Assembly: GCA_026004395.1 (NCBI GenBank)
Contig: BPJB01000001.1
Coordinates: forward strand, 519,343 to 583,342
DNA from: Patescibacteria group bacterium
Lineage (GTDB): Bacteria > Patescibacteriota > Microgenomatia > Levybacterales > UBA12049
Direction: 5' to 3'
DNA length: 64,000 nt
This document shows, piece by piece, positions 21,522-30,138 of this stretch (position 1 is its first letter; each line of letters begins with the position of its first letter). The notes beneath the pieces are model-generated. The model worked only from the letters and a program-made list of their open reading frames with translations, was not told the origin of the DNA and ran no database searches. The position numbers and the translations under genes are program-made.

Positions 21522-22004
21522 ATGACAGTAGAACAAAAGATTATTGGAGGTATTAGTCTTTTAACACTTGGTATTTTAGGAGGTGCAGTTTTTTTGTTAT
21601 CAGGCAGTAGCAGTAATGTAAAATCGTCTATCCCTAAAGAACAAATAGTTGCAGAAAACGGTATCCACTGGCACCCAAGGCTCTTAATATCTATCAAAGG
21701 TCAAAGACAAGAGATTCCTGCAAATATTGGAATTGGTGCTGTACATCAAAAAATTCATACCCACCCAGAAGATAACAAAGAAGGTGTAATCCATATGGAA
21801 ATGCAGGGTATTGTTACTAAAGATGAAACTAAGTTAGGTAATTTCTTTAAAATTTGGGGGAAGGAATTTAATTCAAATCAGATCTTCGATAAAAAAAATG
21901 GCAAAGAAGGTAAGTTAAAAATGTTAGTAAATGGAAAAGAAAATAACAGTTTTGAAAATTATCAAATGCGTGACAAAGATCTAATTGAGATTATCTATGA
22001 ATGA
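21522..22004 (+). CDS. Membrane-anchored His-motif hypothetical protein
   Basis: N-terminal TM; IHWH, IHTH, VIHME motifs. Confidence 0.75.
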   Translation: MTVEQKIIGGISLLTLGILGGAVFLLSGSSSNVKSSIPKEQIVAENGIHWHPRLLISIKGQRQEIPANIGIGAVHQKIHTHPEDNKEGVIHMEMQGIVTKDETKLGNFFKIWGKEFNSNQIFDKKNGKEGKLKMLVNGKENNSFENYQMRDKDLIEIIYE

Positions 22005-22040
22005 TTAATTAAAGATACTAGCTAAGCGTATTCGTTCAAA

Positions 22041-22934
22041 ATGCAAAAAATATTTATCTCAATTGCTATAGGTGTTGTTCTTTTGGGAACAGCTTTCTAT
22101 TTCAATTTAAATCCTCAAAGTCAAAGATTGATTAAAATTGATGAATATTCAAAAGATACAAGCAATTATCCTGATGCAAAACAACCTGAAATTGTTGAAT
22201 TACAGAATGGAGATTCGTATAACTTAACAGCAGGCATTGTAAAGAAAAAGATTAATGGAGTTTATATAAAAATGCTTGCGTATAATGGTTCAATTCCTGC
22301 TCCTCTGATCAAAGTTCCACAAAATGCTGAGAGTACCATCAATTTTAAAAACCAAACAGACTTTGTTACTACCTTACACTCACATGGTGTTAGACTTGCC
22401 AACCGATTTGACGGCGTACCTGACATCACTCAAAAAGCTATTAAACCCGGAAGAACATTTACCTACAAAATCAATTTTCCAGATCCAGGCGTCTATTGGT
22501 ATCATCCTCATCTAAGAGAAGATTACGCACAAGATCTGGGACTCTATGGCAATTTTATTGTCGAACCGGCGAACAAAACTACTGGGCAGAGGTGGATCGT
22601 GAGGTGGCACTATTCTTAGACGATATTCTAATCCAAAATGGATATCAATTGGCTATTTCAAAAAGGCGATAAAGTAAAAATAAAAATCTTTAATGACCCT
22701 AATTTATTCCAACGATGCAACATCCTATAGATATTCATGGACAGAGATTTTTTGGTAACCAGTATTAATGGGATATCAAATCAAAATCTTTTTTGGAAAG
22801 ATACTGTGCTTGTTCAAACTGGTGATACTGTCGAACTTCTCGTTGATATGGCTAATCCCGGTGAATGGTTGATCCATTGTCATATTCCAGAACATATGGA
22901 GGCTGGAATGATGCTGAATTTTAAGGTAATGTAG
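22041..22934 (+). pseudogene. Multicopper oxidase, frameshifted with middle domain deleted
   Basis: HSHG and WYHPH (domain 1), then QHPIDIHG and HCHIPEHMEAGM (domain 3) across several frameshifts; too short for three domains. Confidence 0.82.
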
Positions 22935-23153
22935 AGTTAACTCTAGACTAAATTAGCTATCTAAAATATTTATTTAAAACTTTCAAAGAGCACAGCACAT
23001 CGAATTGATAACTATAATCCATAATTTATTTATATTGGTAATATGATGTCATAGACTGTATTATTACAAATATATTCTAAGCAAGATAACAATATAAATA
23101 CTAACATGAATGTTTTACGAGAGAGAGAAACAGATTAATATGCTTGACGTCTA

Positions 23154-23170
23154 TTCTACATACTGTAGTA
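23154..23170. promoter_or_regulatory. BlaI/CopY-like operator upstream of copA
   Basis: TTCTACA-tac-TGTAGTA just after a TTGACG -35 at 23144. Confidence 0.7.
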
Positions 23171-23200
23171 AATAACACTTATATTATGTAAAATAAAGTT

Positions 23201-25453
23201 ATGAAGGAAAAAATGAGTCATAAAATTTATACCTGCACCATGCATAAGAAAATCCATTCAGATAAGATGGGTAATTGTCCAAAGTGCGGGATGAATCTTA
23301 TTGAAGCAAAAATCAAAATGGATCATAGCAAAATGAATCATGAAGAGATGAAGCATGATGAACATGTCATGCACACTAAGAAACCCATATCTGAGATGTC
23401 TTTTTGGGAGAAATTTAAGATGAGTATGACGATGACCATGGGTATGGAACACACAGGTGTTGCAGGAGAAGAAATGGCTAAGCTCATGGAAAAGGATATA
23501 CGTAATAAATTTTTTGTAGCATTAATCCTCACAATTCCTATCATTGCTTATTCACCGCTTGGAGTAAATCTTCTTAGGCTGCAACTGCCAACACCAATAC
23601 CTGCCAACTGGATTATGTTTATTTTGGCAACACCAGTCTTTTTCTATTCGGGGTGGATCTTCCTTTACTCAACATATAAGGCTTTACAAGCAAAGACACT
23701 CAATATGGCAGTTCTTATTGCTGTTGGCATCACAGCATCTTATGTATTTAGCGTTGTCTTGACACTTATGGGAAGCGATGAGTCATTTTATGAAGCCAGC
23801 GCAATGCTTACTACTTTTGTTTTGTTTGGCCACTGGATGGAAATGAAATCTCGAAGAGGTACTACAGAAGCACTGCAAGCTTTATTCAACTTAGTTCCTC
23901 CGCAAGCTCGTCTTTTGAAAAACGGAAAAGAAGAAATAGTTCCAACCTCTCAAATCAAGCTTGGCGACATTATCATCTTAAAACCGGGTGATAAAGTACC
24001 AGTTGATGGAGAAATTATAGAAGGAGAAACAAGCATTGATGAATCACTTGTAACAGGCGAGTCTATTCCAGTCGCAAAGAAAAAAGGTGATCAAGTCATT
24101 GGGGGATCTATAAATATATCTGGATCAGTCAAATTTAAAGCAACTAGAGTAGGAAAGGACACAGCACTTGCCCAGATTATAAGAATGGTAGAGATCGCTC
24201 AAAGTTCAAAAGCTCCAGGACAGAAAATTGCTGATAGATTTGCAAAATATTTAGTTATCGTGGCAATAGGTGGAGGGCTAATTACTTTTGCTGTATGGTT
24301 TTTGATCATTGGCCAACCACTGATGTTCTCTCTTACTTTCGCAATCTCAACTGTTGTTATCGCTTGTCCAGACGCTTTAGGTCTTGCAACCCCTACGGCT
24401 GTTGCAGTTGGTACTGGACTTGGCGCAAAGCACAATATTCTAATTAAAGATGCTCCCACCCTTGAGCAAGTATCAAAGATACAGACAGTAGTACTGGATA
24501 AAACAGGAACTCTCACAGAAGGAAAACCAAAAATTACTGATATTATCACACTCAATGAATTAACAGAAAATGAAGTATTAAGACTGGTTGCCGCAGCAGA
24601 AGCCAAATCAAGCCACCCTTTAAGCAAAGCTGTTCTTGAAGAAGTTGCCAAAAGAAAAATCAAGATACAAAAGGATGTTAAGAATTTTCACAATATTGCA
24701 GGACACGGCGTTGAAGCTATAGTTGAGGATAAACATATCTTGGTGGGTACTGCCAAGCTGATGCGAGATCGTAGCATTAGTGTTGCTCACTTTAAAAAAG
24801 ATATGGATAGACTGCTAGCTGATGGAAAAACACTTATGTTTGTAGCCATTGAAAAGAGAGTTGTTGCATTGATTGCTGCAGCTGATCCTATTAAACCGAC
24901 TGCCAAAAAAGCTATAGATCGCATGAAAGAACTCGGTCTTGAAGTAGTGATGATCACAGGAGACAACAAAAAAACAGCTGAGGCTATTGGCAAACAGCTT
25001 GGTATTGAGAGAATCTTTGCTGAAGTGCTCCCTGAAGAGAAAGCAAGATATATCAAGAAATTACAAGATCAGGGAAAATTTGTAGCAATGGTAGGAGATG
25101 GGGTGAATGATGCACCGGCTCTTGCTCAAGCAGATATAGGTATCGCTATTGGCGCTGGAACAGATGTTGCCATAGAGACAGCAAAAGTCGTGCTAATGAA
25201 ATCCGATCCTGCGGATGTGGTGCGAGCAATCAAACTCTCTAAAGCAACAGTACGCAAAATGAAGCAAAATCTTTTCTGGGCATCAATTTATAATTTACTT
25301 GCTATTCCCATAGCAGCTGGTGTATTATATCCCAAATTTGGTATCGAGCTTCGTCCAGAGTTTGCTGCCTTACTCATGAGTCTCTCCTCAATAATTGTGG
25401 CAACAAATGCTGTACTTCTAAACAGAGCAGAAAATGACCTTCTAAGTATATGA
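23201..25453 (+). CDS. copA: Copper-translocating P1B-type ATPase
   Basis: YTCTMH...CPKCGM metal-binding domain, His/Met-rich linker, ACPDALGLATP, DKTGTLT, HP, YN and MSLSS motifs. Confidence 0.9.
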   Translation: MKEKMSHKIYTCTMHKKIHSDKMGNCPKCGMNLIEAKIKMDHSKMNHEEMKHDEHVMHTKKPISEMSFWEKFKMSMTMTMGMEHTGVAGEEMAKLMEKDIRNKFFVALILTIPIIAYSPLGVNLLRLQLPTPIPANWIMFILATPVFFYSGWIFLYSTYKALQAKTLNMAVLIAVGITASYVFSVVLTLMGSDESFYEASAMLTTFVLFGHWMEMKSRRGTTEALQALFNLVPPQARLLKNGKEEIVPTSQIKLGDIIILKPGDKVPVDGEIIEGETSIDESLVTGESIPVAKKKGDQVIGGSINISGSVKFKATRVGKDTALAQIIRMVEIAQSSKAPGQKIADRFAKYLVIVAIGGGLITFAVWFLIIGQPLMFSLTFAISTVVIACPDALGLATPTAVAVGTGLGAKHNILIKDAPTLEQVSKIQTVVLDKTGTLTEGKPKITDIITLNELTENEVLRLVAAAEAKSSHPLSKAVLEEVAKRKIKIQKDVKNFHNIAGHGVEAIVEDKHILVGTAKLMRDRSISVAHFKKDMDRLLADGKTLMFVAIEKRVVALIAAADPIKPTAKKAIDRMKELGLEVVMITGDNKKTAEAIGKQLGIERIFAEVLPEEKARYIKKLQDQGKFVAMVGDGVNDAPALAQADIGIAIGAGTDVAIETAKVVLMKSDPADVVRAIKLSKATVRKMKQNLFWASIYNLLAIPIAAGVLYPKFGIELRPEFAALLMSLSSIIVATNAVLLNRAENDLLSI

Positions 25454-25849
25454 ATTACTCTCTTTCAATCTCAAATACGCTTTTTATTCTGTATTTCAAT
25501 ATCTTAAAAAAATCTCAAGAAGATTATTATTTTCGCAAAAGTACCCATGAATCCAAAATACTGTAATTTTTGTTTATTAGTTAATTATAGGGTAGAGAAT
25601 AATTTTTGTTTTATTGGTTATCTAAAATTGCTCTGGAAACAGTATCGTGATCAAAATGGCGAATTTTTTATAAAAATTAATCAGCTCAAATTGTGCAACT
25701 TCTGCCTTTTTGTATGTTAATTTTTTTAAATCAACATATTATTCATGTTCTTCGAAATGTTCTTCAGAAAAACTGGTATCTTTTTTAGATTGTTGATCTG
25801 TGGACCATTTAAATGGATCTAGTGGATGAATGTTTCTTAATAACATTAA

Positions 25850-26086
25850 TTATTTTTTTCTTAATTCGATTAATTCTTCCAGAGGATAAAATTTCTCTCT
25901 GCTCTTAATTTTAGTCTTCTTTGTGTCATATATATCTCTACCAGTGCTCAATTTTATTCCCATATATTGGCTTCCGCCATCACCAACAAATACAGAACGA
26001 TGAGGTCTGCTGTTAGGTCCATCATGTTCTTTTACTCTAAAAAAACTACGTATTTGTTCTAATCTTACTTTAAAGCGTTCATACAT
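25850..26086 (-). CDS. Hypothetical protein
   Basis: 78-aa ATG ORF, no recognised motif. Confidence 0.4.
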   Translation of the reverse strand: MYERFKVRLEQIRSFFRVKEHDGPNSRPHRSVFVGDGGSQYMGIKLSTGRDIYDTKKTKIKSREKFYPLEELIELRKK

Positions 26087-26275
26087 AATTTACTTATTTT
26101 AACAATAATAACAAAATAATGCAAATTTTTAAATTGGACATTCAAAATCCAAAACATTCAAAGAGTAAAGTAATCAAGTGAAATAAACTATAATCCAATA
26201 CAAACTCAGGGTCTGTTCTAATAATGGCAGGAAGGATAAGATTAGAAGAGGAGATACTATAACAACAAATATTCT

Positions 26276-27082
26276 TTATAGATGTGGATCTATAACATTA
26301 ATCAAATCTCCATCATACCCTACATAAAATTTTTCCCGATCAGTTTTCTTTCTAATTTTGCGAATAACTTTATCTACATCCTTAACTTTTTTATAAAATT
26401 CGAATTTATAAATTGTGAAGTACATATTAATTTCATATCCTACGTATTTTAACGGTATATTTAGAGAAGCAAACAGGCCTTCCATGTATTGAGCTTTATA
26501 CCGTATTATCATTGTTAGAGGATAGCAAATTCTATTTGGAAAAATATAATTAAGCGGGATAAATTGTGTTAACCAATCAAGAAAATCGATAATATAATCT
26601 CTCAACTTAATTAAATTCAAAATTATGAAAGAATGGGGGGTAATATAGAGTTCTTTTGGAGTAACCTGTCTTGTTACTACAAGCTTAAAAATTCTCACTA
26701 CCTCTTTTTTTAGAATAACAACCTCTCTTTTTAGAATAATAATCTTTCTTTTTAGAGTAACAAAAAAACGATAAGTTACAATAGTTAAAAGTATAGGCAA
26801 ATACAAAACCCAAATAGTAACAGAAACCAAAAAAACAATGAGTGTAATTATTGTATAATTATCATCAAACTTAAATATTCCTATAAGAGGTAGAAAAAAT
26901 AAAAGAAAATACGCTAAAAATGTATATTTAAAAATAGATGCAAGACCCCAAATTCCCCAGCAATTTTTATTGAAGTAATCACTATATTTTTTCCAAAGTA
27001 CCAATGCCCATTTGTAAAATTTTGCAAATTGTATATTTTCCTGCATATTGTATTTTCCTATACATTTGTATTTATAAATCAT
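26276..27082 (-). CDS. Hypothetical membrane protein
   Basis: 268-aa ORF with two TM segments and a heptad repeat. Confidence 0.55.
   Translation of the reverse strand: MIYKYKCIGKYNMQENIQFAKFYKWALVLWKKYSDYFNKNCWGIWGLASIFKYTFLAYFLLFFLPLIGIFKFDDNYTIITLIVFLVSVTIWVLYLPILLTIVTYRFFVTLKRKIIILKREVVILKKEVVRIFKLVVTRQVTPKELYITPHSFIILNLIKLRDYIIDFLDWLTQFIPLNYIFPNRICYPLTMIIRYKAQYMEGLFASLNIPLKYVGYEINMYFTIYKFEFYKKVKDVDKVIRKIRKKTDREKFYVGYDGDLINVIDPHL
26700..26762. repeat. 3 x 21-bp degenerate in-frame tandem repeat
   Basis: Units at 26700, 26721 and 26742 encode VTLKRKI/IILKREV/VILKKEV on the minus strand. Confidence 0.65.
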
Positions 27083-27677
27083 GTTTTAATTCACAAATAC
27101 TACAATACGCACATGCACCATAACTATCAAAATTTTACCCTCAATTATTTTCCATAAATCTTGTCTTCAATCTAATTGTCATCTAGTCGTAGGGATGGCA
27201 TTTAATATCAAAGCTCAAACTGTACTGATAAAAGCTACTGGCTTTATAAACCGATAATGCACAAAATAGCAAAGATCTAAAGCATTAAAATCATTTTTCC
27301 CAAAATTCATTCGTAAATCTTTATCTGATATTTTAATATCAATATAGCTCACTTTTTTTAGCACTGCAAACCTTGTAATCAAACACAATCAGCCTTTCCA
27401 TTAAATAAAATCAAATACTACAGTGAAAATAAGAAAATTAATAAATTTATTTTGCATTGAATGTCTGTAAAAGTATTTCGCCATTTATACATATAAATGT
27501 GCATGTAGGTAATTAGAGTCAATTTCTTCCTGATGGATTAAATAACAAGTAGTCCATTTTTACGATGTAGTCAATTTTTTTAGTCGAATATTTCTATCAT
27601 CTTTATTATTTATTTTAAATTATTTACTAAAGAATGGAAAAGGATGTGATTTTTATGCCAGCGAAGATCACATACTA

Positions 27678-29030
27678 TCAATATAAAAATTGATTGATTT
27701 TTTCAGCAAAATCAACAAAATTATCAAACCAATATTTCTTCTGTGGTTCGGGCACCGGAGCAATTCCGCCGCGAGCAGGCATAAGCAATAACTTTACATT
27801 AATGGTAAATCCATTGTATAAAAAATCTCTGCTTTGTTTTTGTCCATTCTCTTCAATTTCAAATATTCTTGAATACCCATCAATCTTTCTGTAGCCGTCA
27901 GAGTGTTCTGTCCCTTTCGGATCAACGAACAAAATTAGATATCGTTTGCATTTTTGCGCCCAAAAGATAAAGTCTGGTTTGAAATTTGACATCTTTTTAG
28001 GCTCCTTCGGGTTATAATAAGGAATGAAAACTTCGTCCAGTGTTTGGTCAAGTTTTGAAAACATCCACCAATCAAATTGTGAAAAAATGTTTTTCGGTTG
28101 AGTAAGATATTCTTCCAGTTGCTCGATAAATCTTACCTCGCTATCAACATTAATAATATGATTAAGATAATCAATTTTCTCGTCTTCTGAAAGTATCACT
28201 GGAATATAGTAATGATTAGCCAGATACCTAATTTTTATTTTTTTGCCGTTAACTTCATATTTTCCAGCTTCTTCAAATAACTTCAGTTGTTTACCATACT
28301 CTTCAGGAGGAATTTTTCCATAATTCTTGTCTAATTCTTTTTTCTTTTCAGGATAGTACCTTATAAAATCAATCTTTTTTCTGATTTCCTCATATTTGTC
28401 GCCATCACTAAGCCTAATCATTTTAAAATGAACGATTTCATTTTCTAATTCTTTAAACTTATCCAACTCTTTGCTCTTAATTCCCAGATAATCAAGAATT
28501 CGCCCAAGAATTAACTCCGGCTCAAAGAGTGAGTTTCTCTCGCTAAAATCGTAGTATCGCTCTATTTCCGCAAAACTTTCTCTTGCTTTCTTTAAAACTT
28601 TCACTTCGCAATCGTATTTCGCTACAGCGACTTTATCGTCCAAAAATTCGTAGAAACGTGAAGTTATATCTAAATCTTCAGGGCTGACAGGGTATTTTTG
28701 TATATCTTTTTCCTCGGCAAAATTCTCTCAGCGGTTTTATAAACCGGCACCAAGAGAAGATGTTTTTGCGCTTCGGGATTTAATATAAACGCTTCGCCCA
28801 AACTCTTGTCTTGTTTTTCTTCTTTTAGTGTTTTGATTATTTCTTTCAGGTTTTCGGCATTAGTGCCAAAAACAATTAAGCTTTCAATTGGCAGAATCAA
28901 ATCCTTAACTTTCTCAAATAATTGTTCATTTATAACTTTAGCGTTTAGCAAATTTTGGAATCGCTTTCTTTGATATTTCAGCGGCTCTATTCGGACACCT
29001 CTGCCAACTGACTGCAAAACAAATTTTTCA
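27678..29030 (-). pseudogene. Type III restriction endonuclease (Res) C-terminal remnant
   Basis: Begins at helicase motif VI (KFVLQSVGRGVR), frameshift near 28700, ends in PD-(D/E)xK domain FKPDFIFW...FVDPKG; N-terminus and mod gene absent. Confidence 0.78.
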
Positions 29031-29232
29031 AAACTGCTAATTTTTTCTTTGTTATTGATTCCTTTCCTGTCTTGTATGCGAAAACAGTCATATTATCCAA
29101 GCAATATTTGTTAGAGTAATTGGTGTGTATAAAAAATTGATTTTTAGGCTTCAAGATTGTTTTAACAAAATCTCAGCAAGTCATCTTTGGAGGTATAGCA
29201 AAAAAGTCTCTTGCATTACGTGTATTTACTAG

Positions 29233-29304
29233 TGAGCCCAGAGGGATTCGAACCCCCAACCAATGCCTTAAGAGGGCACTGCTCTACCGTTGAGCTATGG
29301 GCCC
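29233..29304 (-). tRNA. tRNA-Lys(CTT)
   Basis: GGGCCCA/TGGGCTC acceptor; GTGCC-CTCTTAA-GGCAT anticodon arm; GTTCGAATC. Confidence 0.93.
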
Positions 29305-29321
29305 AAAAAAATTATTTTTTG

Positions 29322-29394
29322 TACGCCCGAAGGGAATCGAACCCCCAACCTGATGGTCCGAAGCCATCCGCTCTATCCGTTGAGCTACGGGCGC
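29322..29394 (-). tRNA. tRNA-Arg(TCG)
   Basis: GCGCCCG/CGGGCGT acceptor; GATGG-CTTCGGA-CCATC. Confidence 0.93.
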
Positions 29395-29528
29395 ACGCTA
29401 CAACTGCATTTTAACAAACTGCCTAATTTAATTCAATGAAAGTACGTTTTGATCTAAAAAGATATTTTTGGAAAACATAAATATATTTGTTACAATATAA
29501 ACATCAATTAACACGCGACTCACTACAC

Positions 29529-30128
29529 ATGGAAAAAATTAAAAAAATAATTAAAAATCTAAGATATTCATACAGATCACTACCATCCAAAAAACAATAT
29601 ATTGAATTCTTTACAGCGCTTCTTACTATTCCAGTGCTACTCACTGTTATCATCCTCAACTTGTCAAATTTAAAAAATTCTAATAAACCTCCATCATCTC
29701 AAGCAAAGGAAGAAAGTAAACCAATTATTGTTACCGTACCTGTTGAAAAAAACAGACAAGTTAGCGAAGAAAAACCTTCACCTACACAAGAAATATGTAA
29801 AAAAGAAATTGGTCCAGTGAACATTGTTTCACCAGAAGAGAACGAAACTGTAACTGACAATCCCGTGATTATTTCAGTTGATTATGATCAAGATACGTAC
29901 TGTGCAATTGTCTGGGCGTATCGAGTGAACAATGGAAGATATTCTGAATATGACAACAAATCTATAGCTCTTTATAACCCTCCAAAAGGAAAGATTACTG
30001 TTGACCTCAAAATAAAAAGTGTCGTAACTGGTGAGGAAAAGATTTTAACAAGAAACTTTTACTATGCTTCAGAATCATCAAATTCCGACCAGTCAATCAC
30101 ACCTACAGCTTCTCCTTCAGCGAGATAA
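29529..30128 (+). CDS. Single-TM hypothetical protein with Ig-like extracellular domain
   Basis: TM, Pro/Ser linker, beta-rich domain (IVSPEENETV) with two Cys; likely start MEKIKK. Confidence 0.7.
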   Translation: MEKIKKIIKNLRYSYRSLPSKKQYIEFFTALLTIPVLLTVIILNLSNLKNSNKPPSSQAKEESKPIIVTVPVEKNRQVSEEKPSPTQEICKKEIGPVNIVSPEENETVTDNPVIISVDYDQDTYCAIVWAYRVNNGRYSEYDNKSIALYNPPKGKITVDLKIKSVVTGEEKILTRNFYYASESSNSDQSITPTASPSAR

Positions 30129-30138
30129 AGTTACTTAC

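Noticed and set aside
27095-27425. AATACTACA half-sites resembling the BlaI-type operator
   Set aside because: Only half-sites with no TGTAGTA partner; plausible by chance in AT-rich DNA.
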